Below, piece by piece: positions 49,293 to 59,336 of a stretch of 64,000 nt of DNA (within the stretch, counting starts at the first letter, position 1; every line of letters begins with the position of its first letter). Under the pieces are notes generated by a model. It was not told the origin of the DNA and searched no databases. It saw only the letters and a program-made list of their open reading frames with translations. The position numbers and the translations under genes are program-made. The stretch is from an uncultured Gammaproteobacteria bacterium (lineage in GTDB: Bacteria; Patescibacteriota; Microgenomatia; Levybacterales; GWA1-39-11), in assembly GCA_964511305.1 (NCBI GenBank), contig CAZEEU010000004.1, positions 4,093 to 68,092 on the forward strand. The letters are read 5' to 3'.

Positions 49293-50645
49293 TCATTCAT
49301 TAATCGAGGTCTCACTTATGTATTGTCTAACTGTGTGGGCATTACCTTTGAGGTTGAGCTTTTGTATCAACATCTCGAATTCCTCAGCCAAAGCTCCTCT
49401 TATAACATTTTTCTCATCCTCATTCATAAGCCACATTTCTTTTTTGTGAGGTCCAAATGCCTTTTTTCTTGTCTTGTATAAAAGCTGCTCATCTGTCCAT
49501 CCCTCTTCGCGCTCATTTTCAAAATTATCTCTACAATATTGGAAGAGTTTTTCACGCAAATGAGCTGGCATAGTGTCGTAAATGATATTTTGAAAACCGG
49601 TAGCTAAGTGGATTTCTACGGTACCTGCTTCGGGGAATTTATCAAATAGCTCGTTTGGCAAAGTTGATGCACCATGCTGCACTGGCCCACCCATTCCAAA
49701 TTTTTCCCTTGCAACATTCCCAATACTTCTTAATACCTCAAAATCTACTTTAACTTCTTTTAGCGACCCGTCTGGATTCGGAAGTCCTCCATGTGTAGTA
49801 CCAGTCTGAACACTCACTTTTGAAATGATCTGGGCATCTCCTACGCGCTCCATATACCCCTTCATAAAAGCCTCAAAATCCTCAACATCTGAGTTCGTAT
49901 CCCCTATGTGCCCTATTTCTCCACCAATTGTTGCCATAACACCTGCTGGCTGCATACTTCTGACAAATTTTGTAAGAAGAGCTGTCATTTCATAATTCTC
50001 CTCCTGTTGCTCATCTTTTGTTGGAAGAGATAGATCAACCAATGTTGATGCATCTATATCTATATTGTAAAAACCAGCCGCTAATGCATCTTTAATAGAA
50101 AGCTCAATCTCATCGATTTGACCCTGAGGATATTCTTTGTACTTTTTTGCATCAAATTGATAATGATCTCCTTGTAGAAATACCGGTCCTTCATATCCTT
50201 CTTTCATGGCAGCAGCTAGAATACAAACAGTAATCTCGTCTTGATTTTGAAGCGTGTACTTATGCTCGCTTCTTGAAATTTCAAATATAAAGGTTGATGC
50301 TTCATGCTCTAACGCCTTTTTAAAGACCTCTCTCGCAACATCATAAGTAATTGTTCTCATATTCATTGCAGGGACCGTAAAACCACTCACTTTTCCTTCA
50401 CCAAATGCTTTATATAGTGGGTGAATTGAGGCTGGATAGACATGAAGTATCTTCGCAAGTTTTCTTATGTATACGCGACAAAGATGCCTAACTTGGGCAT
50501 CATCTGAGAGAACCCCGGAGTAAATTAAGTAGTCAATTCCGTATTCGCGAAATTTTTGGGGATCTTTGATCTGGATATCCTCGTCAGACATTGCCACAAC
50601 GTCATTAAGATTATTGTCCAGTTCGGAAACACTCTGAAATATCAT
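49293..50645 (-). CDS. class II fructose-bisphosphate aldolase family protein (long form)
   Basis: GFTVPAMNMRT (cf. VPAFNVNN), LQGDHYQ (cf. LHLDHG), VQTGTTHGG (cf. GxxHG) metal/phosphate-binding motifs; adjacent to pgk. Confidence 0.6.
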   Translation of the reverse strand: MIFQSVSELDNNLNDVVAMSDEDIQIKDPQKFREYGIDYLIYSGVLSDDAQVRHLCRVYIRKLAKILHVYPASIHPLYKAFGEGKVSGFTVPAMNMRTITYDVAREVFKKALEHEASTFIFEISRSEHKYTLQNQDEITVCILAAAMKEGYEGPVFLQGDHYQFDAKKYKEYPQGQIDEIELSIKDALAAGFYNIDIDASTLVDLSLPTKDEQQEENYEMTALLTKFVRSMQPAGVMATIGGEIGHIGDTNSDVEDFEAFMKGYMERVGDAQIISKVSVQTGTTHGGLPNPDGSLKEVKVDFEVLRSIGNVAREKFGMGGPVQHGASTLPNELFDKFPEAGTVEIHLATGFQNIIYDTMPAHLREKLFQYCRDNFENEREEGWTDEQLLYKTRKKAFGPHKKEMWLMNEDEKNVIRGALAEEFEMLIQKLNLKGNAHTVRQYISETSINE

Positions 50646-50721
50646 AGGGCAGTAAGTTTTGTAGACTTAGTGTACTGGATTTTTGAAAAATTAGTCAAGT
50701 AGAAAATGCTACAATTATTTT

Positions 50722-51366
50722 ATGGACGAAGAAATAGACTCTAAATTTATTCTTTTCTCACCTTGGACTTTCATATTAATTCTTTTAGTCTTTATCCTAG
50801 GAAATCTTTTTATAATTGATACTGCCCTTTTTTGGAGAACCAACCGTGACGCATCGAAGCAAATTGCCGTAAAGCCTACTCAAATTTCACCATCACCAAC
50901 TAATCCTATTAAGAATGGTTGCGATACGGACTGCAAAGAAGAAATCCAAAAGGCAGTTGCTGCAGCTGTTATTAAGCCTCCGGCAACTACTACCCAATCA
51001 CATGCAAAAGAATTTTTTATCACACTTGGCTCTGGCTCAAGCAATTCTCAAGATTGGACAGATGTGCCCGGAACACAGAGTTATATTGATGGTTCTTCAT
51101 ATGAAAAAATTAAAGCAGTCACTTTTGAAGCCTCCCTATACACACCAACTGGCAATCAAACAGCATATGCCAGATTATATAACGTAACTGATTCACATCC
51201 CGTGTGGAATTCCGAGGTCTTAATCGAAGGAGGGACACCTCAGCTTCGAATCTCAAGCCCAATTACTCTTGAGAAAAGCTCAAAACTATACCAGGTGCAG
51301 ATGAAAACACAACTACAATCAAGAACAAATTTGGAAAATGCTCGGATACATATTACGACTTTTTAG
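50722..51366 (+). CDS. membrane-anchored extracellular hypothetical protein
   Basis: N-terminal TM; two Cys in GCDTDCKEE. Confidence 0.5.
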   Translation: MDEEIDSKFILFSPWTFILILLVFILGNLFIIDTALFWRTNRDASKQIAVKPTQISPSPTNPIKNGCDTDCKEEIQKAVAAAVIKPPATTTQSHAKEFFITLGSGSSNSQDWTDVPGTQSYIDGSSYEKIKAVTFEASLYTPTGNQTAYARLYNVTDSHPVWNSEVLIEGGTPQLRISSPITLEKSSKLYQVQMKTQLQSRTNLENARIHITTF

Positions 51367-51414
51367 AACTAAATACCAAGAACTGAAAATTAAAAATCGG
51401 GAAAATGAAGGGAC

Positions 51415-52233
51415 TTAATAATTGACGAAGGTGGTAATTTTTGCGTTCTTCTTTATATTTGCTATCCACTCTTGATATTTCTGAGCCAATTTTTGTTGTT
51501 CCATTTGTGCTCTTAAATTTGCTTTTGCTGTATTTTGATCTTTCTCATCTTTAATAAGATCTGCATTCTTTGCCATAAAGTCATTGAATTCTTTGTCAGT
51601 TACTTTTGCTTGTGCACCTAGTATCTTTGTGACTAATAGTTGGATTTTAACTTCCTCTTTAAATTTTTCCTGAGTAAGTCCCTGCGTCGCCAATAAGGCG
51701 TCAAGATTTTGGCCTTGATCTGCAAATTGCTTTTTAATTTTTGCAATTTCTGTATCAATTTCTTTAATTGTTGCATCAATATTTTTCTTTTTTGCCTCCT
51801 GCATAACAAGCATTCTAGTAACTACTGCGTCTAAAGCTGCCTTTCCTGATTGTTTTTCAAGATCCTTGATAATAGAGACTCTAGAAACAGGTTGTCCATT
51901 AACTGTTGCTGCGATAAGAAGACTTTTTCCAAAATATACAACAACTGCAGCAACTACGATTACCCCTGCAAGAATTAAAGATCTTCTATTTGCTGGGTCA
52001 AAAGCTTTTTTCTTAAGATCATTTATTGTGAAGTTCTGAGATTTTGCAACTGCTGGTTGTGATTTTGTTGTGGACTTTGCGGAAGCTTTCAAAGGCGCTT
52101 TAGAAACAGCTTTAGTTGTTTTTGCTGGAGTCTTCTTTGTTGTTTTCGTTGTTGCCATGCGGCAAGTATACCATTGGGTATTTAAGAAATGCAAGATGTT
52201 TGTCGTGCAATTCGTTTCTTGTTGTAATTTCAT
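51415..52233 (-). CDS. membrane-anchored periplasmic-chaperone-like protein (SurA N-terminal-domain-like), probable start at MATTKTTKK
   Basis: Lys/Thr-rich N-terminus, one TM, helical domain with SurA_N-like pattern. Confidence 0.4.
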   Translation of the reverse strand: MKLQQETNCTTNILHFLNTQWYTCRMATTKTTKKTPAKTTKAVSKAPLKASAKSTTKSQPAVAKSQNFTINDLKKKAFDPANRRSLILAGVIVVAAVVVYFGKSLLIAATVNGQPVSRVSIIKDLEKQSGKAALDAVVTRMLVMQEAKKKNIDATIKEIDTEIAKIKKQFADQGQNLDALLATQGLTQEKFKEEVKIQLLVTKILGAQAKVTDKEFNDFMAKNADLIKDEKDQNTAKANLRAQMEQQKLAQKYQEWIANIKKNAKITTFVNY

Positions 52234-52308
52234 ACTCCTCTTATTAAATTCTCATAAATCATCGCTAGCATATAAATATATATGAAAAGAGGAGGTGATG
52301 ATTAAAAT

Positions 52309-52461
52309 ATGGGAATTTTAGAATTAATATTTGGAATACTTATCTTTCTTTTCTTAGTAAATCTTTTCTGGGCACTGATTCCTATTCCAAGAACAGCAGG
52401 AGGAGCAATTGTACTAATACTTGTTATTCTTTTGGTGCTAAGACTGATGCACGTTATCTAA
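52309..52461 (+). CDS. small (50 aa) two-helix membrane protein, not in the ORF track
   Basis: Strong SD AGGAGGTGA 9 nt upstream; MGILELIFGILIFLFLVNLFWALIPIPRTAGGAIVLILVILLVLRLMHVI. Confidence 0.45.
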   Translation: MGILELIFGILIFLFLVNLFWALIPIPRTAGGAIVLILVILLVLRLMHVI

Positions 52462-53325
52462 TTACTCTTCCTCAACAGATAATTCAAGATAAATTTTTCG
52501 GTTGGTGGCGAGTTCTAATTCACGTCTTGCCATCATACCGATTTCTTTTATCTTTGAACCACCTGCTCCGATTATCATTTTTTTGTACCTATTTGGTGCG
52601 AGAATTCTTGCTTTTATAACTGTCATGTCTTTTTGTGGCTTTTCAACAATGCTATCTACTGTCACTTTAATAGCATAAGGTAATTCACGTCTGAGTCTCA
52701 AAAAAGCCTTCTCCCTAATCATCTCTTCAAGAAAAAGCTTTGAATCCATATTAAGAAGAGGGGTTACCATATCCTTGGTGTCTATAAGCTGCTCACCTTC
52801 TTTTAAGAAAGCGAAAATTGTATCGACTAATACGTTAAGATTTGTTCTAGTTCTTGCGGAAAGTTCAATTGTCGCGTCAAATTCCTCTTCCATGAATTTA
52901 TATTGTTCTGAAAAATCAGGATGTCTTTTGTCACATTTGTTAATAACCAAAATTTTTGGGACATCAACTTTTCTCACCAATCCAAGCACTTTATTCTCCT
53001 CAACCCCACGCTCACGTGTCTTATCAACTACATACACAGCAACATCAACGCCGTCATTTAAAGCATGTTCTGCTGTGTAATTTATGTCATGTGCCTTAGG
53101 GTTATCAGCTTTTGCGAATATACCAGGGGTATCGTGAAAAATTATTTGCCCACGTGCGTCTTCATATACCGCTTGTACAGAAAATTGTGTTGTCTGCGGT
53201 TTTGGTGAAGTAATAGACACCTTTTTATCCAAAAGGGCATTTAAAAGTGTTGATTTGCCCGCATTTGGCCTTCCCAAAAGAGCAACAACACCTGATTTGT
53301 ACACGGGTTTTGATTCTTTTATCAT
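52462..53325 (-). CDS. era: GTPase Era
   Basis: G1 GRPNAGKST, G3 DTPG, G4 NKCD; C-terminal KH domain. Confidence 0.9.
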   Translation of the reverse strand: MIKESKPVYKSGVVALLGRPNAGKSTLLNALLDKKVSITSPKPQTTQFSVQAVYEDARGQIIFHDTPGIFAKADNPKAHDINYTAEHALNDGVDVAVYVVDKTRERGVEENKVLGLVRKVDVPKILVINKCDKRHPDFSEQYKFMEEEFDATIELSARTRTNLNVLVDTIFAFLKEGEQLIDTKDMVTPLLNMDSKLFLEEMIREKAFLRLRRELPYAIKVTVDSIVEKPQKDMTVIKARILAPNRYKKMIIGAGGSKIKEIGMMARRELELATNRKIYLELSVEEE

Positions 53326-53374
53326 GGGGTAATTATACTAAAAATGAAGTAATAAAGATACTATAGGGCATTCT

Positions 53375-54148
53375 CTATGAGGTAACTGTTGCTTGTGCGG
53401 GTCTACCACCAAATCTTCTCTCTCTTTTTGTGAATTCGATTATGGCCTCAACAATATCTTTTGAACCTGTATTAGGCAGTAATTTGGAAATAAATGCAAG
53501 TTCGGAATTAATGGTAAGCCAGCCCAAGTCTGAAGTCCTCTTTTCCCCTGAAGTCCTAACAACTAAATCAGCAGGTGGGACAATACCTCCACCATCTCTG
53601 TACTTAGAAAGTATTTCGGGGGTAATTTTTGTTATTTTATCCTCAATCATCTTTCGAAACATTCGTACCTCCTGATCTTGACCTGCATAGTCCACAAGCA
53701 AGGAAAGCACAGTTCCTGTATTTTTTTTTGTCTTTTTTTCAGCTTCTTCGAATGCTTTTCTTAAATATGCTGGTATTCGATCTTTTCTTCCAATATGCAC
53801 AATACGTTCATTGCGTTTCATCGCTTGAGGCAAAAGCACTTTTAGCGTTGCGTCAATTACTTTCATGATTCCATCAGCTTCTTCTTTTGTTCTGGACCAA
53901 TTATCAGCAGAGAATCCCCAAATGCTGATGTATTTTATAGGTAACTGCCATAAATCATTGTAAATATTTGTAATAACTTCTGCTCCCTTTTTGTGACCTT
54001 CTGTGATATTTTTATGAGCAAGCTTTGCCCATCTACCATTTCCGTCAGGAATTAAGAGCAAATGGGAAGGGAATTTTTCTTTGGAGATTTTTTTGAGTTC
54101 TGGGAATTTTTCCCACACACTTTTTCCAGACTTTGAATTTAAGAACAT
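53375..54148 (-). CDS. uppS: undecaprenyl diphosphate synthase (cis-prenyltransferase)
   Basis: HLLLIPDGNGRWAK and downstream RTSGE motifs. Confidence 0.9.
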   Translation of the reverse strand: MFLNSKSGKSVWEKFPELKKISKEKFPSHLLLIPDGNGRWAKLAHKNITEGHKKGAEVITNIYNDLWQLPIKYISIWGFSADNWSRTKEEADGIMKVIDATLKVLLPQAMKRNERIVHIGRKDRIPAYLRKAFEEAEKKTKKNTGTVLSLLVDYAGQDQEVRMFRKMIEDKITKITPEILSKYRDGGGIVPPADLVVRTSGEKRTSDLGWLTINSELAFISKLLPNTGSKDIVEAIIEFTKRERRFGGRPAQATVTS

Positions 54149-54199
54149 ATTTAGGGTTGGACAGACTATATTGTACTAAAGGAATACTAAAACCACAAA

Positions 54200-54853
54200 C
54201 TAACTAACTTTTCCCATAGTGCTTTTGCAGAAATCTTTTCTATGAATATCTGATATACCAAATTTTATAATATTTGCTCGGTGTTTTGCAGTACCGTACC
54301 CTTTATGCGATTTAAATTCGTATTCTGGATACTTTTCCGAAAGTTGTTCCATGAGTCTATCACGCTCTACTTTTGCAATTATTGAAGCTGCAGCAATTGA
54401 AATACTTAGACTATCTCCTCGAATAATACCTTTTTGTTTATAATTCCCCGGAATAGTAAAAGCGTCAATAAGAAAGTAAGGCTTATGTAACTTCTTCATC
54501 AATTTATCAGCCACTTCTTGCATCCCCATATATGTAGCTTTGCCAATACCAATCTCATTAATAACGCCTACCTCTATAAAACTTAGCTCAAATCTACATA
54601 ACTCTTTGAGGATTCTAGAAAGTTCTTCCCGTTTCTTAGGTGTCAGTTTTTTACTGTCATTAATGCCAAGTTTTAATAGATTCGCTTGGTCGCTTTTAGA
54701 AAGGCTGGGAAATGCAGCTCCTCCAACGCACACTGGTCCAGCAAATGCACCCCTCCCTACTTCATCTATGCCGACAGGGAAATATCCTTCTTCAATCAGT
54801 GGTAACTCGTAAGAAAAATCAGGGAACTGCCTCATTATTTTTCTCCCGGACAC
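54200..54853 (-). CDS. rnhB: ribonuclease HII
   Basis: GIDEVGRGAFAGPV catalytic DE motif. Confidence 0.9.
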   Translation of the reverse strand: MSGRKIMRQFPDFSYELPLIEEGYFPVGIDEVGRGAFAGPVCVGGAAFPSLSKSDQANLLKLGINDSKKLTPKKREELSRILKELCRFELSFIEVGVINEIGIGKATYMGMQEVADKLMKKLHKPYFLIDAFTIPGNYKQKGIIRGDSLSISIAAASIIAKVERDRLMEQLSEKYPEYEFKSHKGYGTAKHRANIIKFGISDIHRKDFCKSTMGKVS

Positions 54854-55143
54854 TTTTTAAATTCACAATTAGGTCCTTCTCGACCAACAGCAGACCCATC
54901 AGGACAAAGCCGTGCATCCATAGTGCATGCTGTACCCTCCAATTGTGAATGTTTGGTTGAGGACAGTCTATATAACTCCTGAAGCATTGGGCGGTCAATT
55001 CTTTCTTGATAGGCAACCCCCATATAAAATGCGATCACTGGCAACATCACAAATAATATAAGTGCAATTATTTTGGAAAGTGTTGTCACTGTTGTAAATG
55101 GATTATTTTTCTTGGCCATATTCTTACTATACCAAAGTGGCAA
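54835..55143 (-). CDS. small membrane-anchored protein with Cys-rich C-terminus, hypothetical
   Basis: One TM; C-x-n-C pattern CTMDARLCPDG...CEFKKC. Confidence 0.4.
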   Translation of the reverse strand: MPLWYSKNMAKKNNPFTTVTTLSKIIALILFVMLPVIAFYMGVAYQERIDRPMLQELYRLSSTKHSQLEGTACTMDARLCPDGSAVGREGPNCEFKKCPGEK

Positions 55144-55172
55144 TAAAGGAGTAAATATGATATCTTTACGGT

Positions 55173-55634
55173 ATGAAGCAGGCAGGCTCGATACTCACAC
55201 TCGCTTTTTTTTCCTTCGCACTTTCAGCTCACCATGTTAGCGCAAATACTTCCTCAGTGCATGTAACAAGCGAAGGTGATTCCTCTACTTCTGTTAATGT
55301 CCAAAGCAATTTCAACTCTACAAATACCACAACAAATTCCAATACCAACAATACAAAAATTAGAATTGAATCAAACGGAGAAGTTAAAGAGTACGAGTCA
55401 AATAATGGTGAGGATGTAAATATTGAATCAAAAGACGGAAATTCAAAAGTTGTGGTAAAAAACAACGGAACAACTATTACAGCCTCACCAAAACCAACAA
55501 CCCAAATGGACCATGTTGCGTCAGAAGAAGCAAAAAAAATTGAGAAAAAAATAGAGGATATAAAAGAAAAACAAAAAGACTTCTTTCAAAAGCTAGAAGA
55601 ACTGATCAAAAACTTTTTCCAGAACCTCTTCTAA
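55173..55634 (+). CDS. secreted low-complexity (Asn/Ser/Thr-rich) protein
   Basis: Signal peptide-like N-terminus. Confidence 0.45.
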   Translation: MKQAGSILTLAFFSFALSAHHVSANTSSVHVTSEGDSSTSVNVQSNFNSTNTTTNSNTNNTKIRIESNGEVKEYESNNGEDVNIESKDGNSKVVVKNNGTTITASPKPTTQMDHVASEEAKKIEKKIEDIKEKQKDFFQKLEELIKNFFQNLF

Positions 55635-55635
55635 A

Positions 55636-56268
55636 CTACTTCAGGAATTTTATTGAGGATATAATACTATCTACTTCCTTTTGGAATCCTACTTTTTGAG
55701 GATCTGCGACAAGATATGTTATGTCTACTCCGTATTGTGAATTGTTATCTTTATGAAGAACATAATGGGTAGATTCACCTAAGCTTCTTATTGTATAGGT
55801 AAATCCTGAATATCCATTTACCGATACTGCTTTTTTACCAGTTAGCAATTCGCCCATTTGATCTTTAGTTGCCATTTCAATTTGACTATCTACATAACTT
55901 TCAAGGCTTCCGGTAAATTGTAATGGCTGGAATGTGACTATGGCTCCATCATACATTTCAGTCTGCCCTGTCTGCGTATCACCCTTTTTATAAATCCTAA
56001 TAAATTCTCCCCCATTCATTTCATCAATTGTGTAACCCAATGGATACAGGAATGTAAAAATCCCCCTCTTATCTGAATAACTTAATCCACCTTTCTTAAG
56101 TGCTTCCACTTGTGCTTCATCAACAACAGGAACAGAATCAGGAGAATTAGTGGGAATGATGTTGGTAATATTAGTTGGGATATTTGGACGGATACTTTTT
56201 GTATAGATAAAATATCCCGCAACGATAACAACTATCAAAAGAACTACAATTACAATTTTTCCCATCAT
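55636..56268 (-). CDS. membrane-anchored extracellular hypothetical protein
   Basis: N-terminal TM. Confidence 0.5.
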   Translation of the reverse strand: MMGKIVIVVLLIVVIVAGYFIYTKSIRPNIPTNITNIIPTNSPDSVPVVDEAQVEALKKGGLSYSDKRGIFTFLYPLGYTIDEMNGGEFIRIYKKGDTQTGQTEMYDGAIVTFQPLQFTGSLESYVDSQIEMATKDQMGELLTGKKAVSVNGYSGFTYTIRSLGESTHYVLHKDNNSQYGVDITYLVADPQKVGFQKEVDSIISSIKFLK

Positions 56269-56373
56269 GAAATTTTTACATATAAAGCTTAACGGTTAAT
56301 TAAAAAAATTGTAAGAAGTGAATAAGAGAATGTAAATAAACCCCGAAACGATAGCGTGCAATTAAGATTCTTT

Positions 56374-56577
56374 TTAAATATGATTACGGAGTTGATTATG
56401 TTGTGCAAGATCAAAAGGAGTAACAATTGGGGCCTGCTCTAGGATGGTATCTATTCCCCTAAGAACTTGTTCTTGATCAGGAGTAAGCTCAATACCTTTT
56501 GCCTCCCTTCTAAGCTCTATATACTCTGGATCCTGATAGTCAAGATTTCTTAGTGCTGCTGCAAGATTCTCATTCAT
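56374..56577 (-). CDS. small hypothetical protein (67 aa)
   Basis: ORF only. Confidence 0.35.
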   Translation of the reverse strand: MNENLAAALRNLDYQDPEYIELRREAKGIELTPDQEQVLRGIDTILEQAPIVTPFDLAQHNQLRNHI

Positions 56578-56800
56578 GAGTATATTTTACTCCTCAAAAA
56601 TCTAGATGCAAGCAAATATCATGTTTGTAAATTTGAGCCAGTTGAAGCTTGCCCCGAGCTTGTCGAGGGGGTAAAATAGAATGTCTTAGGGCTGTAAGCA
56701 GAGCTTCACTTTGTTTAAGCAGAGCTTGCATCCCTAACAAGTTAGGGCTGTAGTTTAGTTCGCACAAAGTGTGAACCAAAATACACCCTGAACGTAGTGA

Positions 56801-56873
56801 AGGGCCGTAGTTTACCGGTAGAATAGGGGTCTCCAAAACCCTTGAAGATGGTTCGATTCCATCCGGCCCTGCA
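56801..56873 (+). tRNA. tRNA-Trp (anticodon CCA)
   Basis: Hand fold: acceptor AGGGCCG/CGGCCCU, anticodon stem GGGGU/ACCCU with loop CUCCAAA, T-arm GAUGG-UUCGAUU-CCAUC. The overlapping minus ORF 56594-56836 is judged spurious. Confidence 0.75.
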
Positions 56874-56963
56874 GACCTCCCAGCCTCAAATCACAAACTT
56901 TCTGCTACAAAAACCATTGTATTTTTCAAACATCGGTTAGAACCTCTTTGATATACTAGAAAA

Positions 56964-57767
56964 ATGAAAATTCACTTTATTGGATTATCAAGTTTTTTAA
57001 TTGAAAACAATGCAGGGTATCGTATTCTTATTGATCCCTTTAATAATGCACCCGAATGGTCATTAGGATTATCTTTTCCAGATACGTTTGTAGAAAAGCC
57101 TTTTGGTGCAAACATAGTACTCATGTCAGAACCTGATGCTGACCATGCTTATGCACCCGGAGACTGGTTAGAAAAAGCCCCACCCACAGAACCGAACAGC
57201 AATCCGTTTCCTAACATTAACATTCGAGGAACTGTAATTTATGAATGGAATGGTGATGTAAATATCGCATGGCATTACACTGTTGACGGGGTTCGTCTAG
57301 TGCACCTAGCTGATAATGCACATCCACTAACCGAGCAACAACTACAAGAAATTGGAAGGCCGGATATTCTTTTTATTTCTGCATCAAAGGCAAAAGAGAA
57401 CGAAGACGGTGAAGTAACAAGAAAAAATATAGAGTCACTTGCACCTAAAATGGTTATTTGGACACATCATATCGTGCCACCAAATCTGCCCGATACTGAA
57501 AATGCAGAGGAGCTAAGAAGTTTCTTCAGAAAATTTTTCAAAGAAAACGCATCAATGAACAAAAACTACAAAGGTGAAGATAGTTGCATTGAGCTTTGTT
57601 ATATTCTGGAAAATGCGATGGAACACAATAAAGAATATAACGGCACAGTTCTTGACGAAACAAGTTTTTCAATCAATATGGAACAATTGACCCAAACTGA
57701 CAATAGTCCAAAATCAATTCTTTTTAAAAGAATGTTAGCTCACCCGAAAATTCTACCAAAAGAATAA
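56964..57767 (+). CDS. metallo-beta-lactamase-fold-like hydrolase, divergent metal motif; tentative
   Basis: ILIDPFNN...IVLMSEPDADHAY resembles the LIDP...THxHxDH region but with His replacements. Confidence 0.35.
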   Translation: MKIHFIGLSSFLIENNAGYRILIDPFNNAPEWSLGLSFPDTFVEKPFGANIVLMSEPDADHAYAPGDWLEKAPPTEPNSNPFPNINIRGTVIYEWNGDVNIAWHYTVDGVRLVHLADNAHPLTEQQLQEIGRPDILFISASKAKENEDGEVTRKNIESLAPKMVIWTHHIVPPNLPDTENAEELRSFFRKFFKENASMNKNYKGEDSCIELCYILENAMEHNKEYNGTVLDETSFSINMEQLTQTDNSPKSILFKRMLAHPKILPKE

Positions 57768-57777
57768 TGCTTCTAAT

Positions 57778-58590
57778 ATGAATGACGCCCAAGCACCATC
57801 TAAAGATATTCTTGAAAGATTTAACATAGCAGACGAGCCTATTTTGATAAAAGGCGGTCAGGGAACAACTTGGAAAGCTGGAAAATTTATCCTCAAACCA
57901 ATCTCAAGCGAGGAAGAAGTTGATTGGTGTGCTACGACAATAGAAAAATTGCCACGAGACTCTTTTCGCATTCCCAAGTATTTAAAAACAACCGATGGTA
58001 AGTATTCTATCGATGGTTGGTGTGCATTGGAGTTTATCGAAGGGGAACATATGAAAGACTGCTGGGAAGAAAAGGTAGTTGTTTGTAAAGGCTTTAATAA
58101 TCTATTGGTAGATTTGTTAAAACCAGATTTTATAGAAAAAAGAACAAATCCATGGGCAATTGCAGACAAAATGGTTTTTGAAGAAATACCATTAAATTAC
58201 GACCCCCGCTTGGCGGAATACGTTATTGAAATTAAAAAATATCTAAAACCAATCGATATGGAAGAGCAAATTATACATGGGGATATTACTGGGAATATGT
58301 TATTTGCTGATGGGGAGCTTCCTGGAATTATCGATTTCACTCCCAATTGGAAATCAAAAGAATATGCATTAGCAATTTTAGTAGTAGACGCAATTACTTG
58401 GGAAGGTGCTGATGAAACTATATTCAAGTTAGTATCAAACGAACAAGACATTTTTCAACTATTGCTAAGAGCTGCATTCTTTAGAGCATTGGTCACTAGT
58501 GAATTTTTTAGACAGTTTGGAAATGATAGGATTTCAGAGATTGATGTTCATACAAGAACTTTGGAAATGATTATCAAAGAGTTTGAGTAG
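57778..58590 (+). CDS. APH/choline-kinase-like phosphotransferase-fold kinase
   Basis: Brenner motif IIHGDITGNMLF (HGD...N) and DFG-like IIDF. Confidence 0.65.
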   Translation: MNDAQAPSKDILERFNIADEPILIKGGQGTTWKAGKFILKPISSEEEVDWCATTIEKLPRDSFRIPKYLKTTDGKYSIDGWCALEFIEGEHMKDCWEEKVVVCKGFNNLLVDLLKPDFIEKRTNPWAIADKMVFEEIPLNYDPRLAEYVIEIKKYLKPIDMEEQIIHGDITGNMLFADGELPGIIDFTPNWKSKEYALAILVVDAITWEGADETIFKLVSNEQDIFQLLLRAAFFRALVTSEFFRQFGNDRISEIDVHTRTLEMIIKEFE

Positions 58591-58646
58591 TATATAGATA
58601 ATACGTCCTAACATATTCGCTCAAGCCCTGCAATACATCCCATAGT

Positions 58647-58675
58647 TTGACATTTTAACTCATTTTTGTTAGAAT
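58647..58675 (+). promoter_or_regulatory. sigma70-type promoter TTGACA-17nt-TAGAAT, 6 nt upstream of the RelA/SpoT-domain gene ATG (predicts a leaderless mRNA)
   Basis: Read from sequence at 58647-58652 and 58670-58675; ATG at 58682. Confidence 0.45.
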
Positions 58676-58681
58676 AACTTC

Positions 58682-59203
58682 ATGAAAGAAACGTATTCAG
58701 GTCCTATAACTTTACTAGAGCAACCTGAGGTTACTGCAGCTTATGCTAATGACAGGGATTTTTCCCAAGAGTTAGTTATTGTGAATGATCTTCATAATGA
58801 GATGCTTTCGTATTTAGCATCGCGTGGTATTGAAGTATTACAATCTGATGCAAGAATTAAGTCCACAGAAAGGCTTCTTGAGAAAATTGAAAATCCCATG
58901 CGTGGCTCAAATCCTGTCCTTGATCTGTATGCTCTTCAAATGGTAGTTGGCCAGCCGGAGGTTTTTAGAACAATCAAATCAATTAGAAAAAAGTGGCCAA
59001 TGCCAAAGAAGTTTCCATGGGGAATACGCACTGCAAGAATTGGCGGAAATCCATTGAGCCATCCTGACTATCAAGCTGTGCATATGAATTTTGTTTTTAA
59101 TTCAGATAAAATCGCCGAAGTAAAACTCTTTACTCCTGAACAGTTTCAGCTTGAGCAAGAAACGAGAGAATTCTATGAACTAAATAGACGTTTGCTAAAA
59201 TAA
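58682..59203 (+). CDS. stand-alone RelA/SpoT-domain (alarmone-synthetase-like nucleotidyltransferase) protein, 173 aa
   Basis: SDARIKSTERLLEKIE (R-x-K-S...K), LDLYALQMVV (cf. D-x-x-A-x-R-I) and DYQAVHMNFV (cf. GYQSLH) match the synthetase-domain motif series, with substitutions. Confidence 0.55.
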   Translation: MKETYSGPITLLEQPEVTAAYANDRDFSQELVIVNDLHNEMLSYLASRGIEVLQSDARIKSTERLLEKIENPMRGSNPVLDLYALQMVVGQPEVFRTIKSIRKKWPMPKKFPWGIRTARIGGNPLSHPDYQAVHMNFVFNSDKIAEVKLFTPEQFQLEQETREFYELNRRLLK

Positions 59204-59336
59204 TACGTCCTGACATAAGCAAAGCTTGCCCGTTCGCTACGCTCAGGGTAAACAAGTTTGCTTCTTTTCAATAAGTAATCGCTCAAGCCCTGCAAGAAGG
59301 CACCATTCGATACCTGGCTTCGCAACGACTTTAACC

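Noticed and set aside
56594-56836. 80-aa minus-strand ORF
   Set aside because: Overlaps tRNA-Trp and the tRNA-fragment repeats; no SD; judged spurious.
58599-59303. Integron attC sites / integron cassette array
   Set aside because: No GTTRRRY/RYYYAAC core sites recognisable and no intI-like gene nearby; kept only as a loose analogy in the repeat finding.
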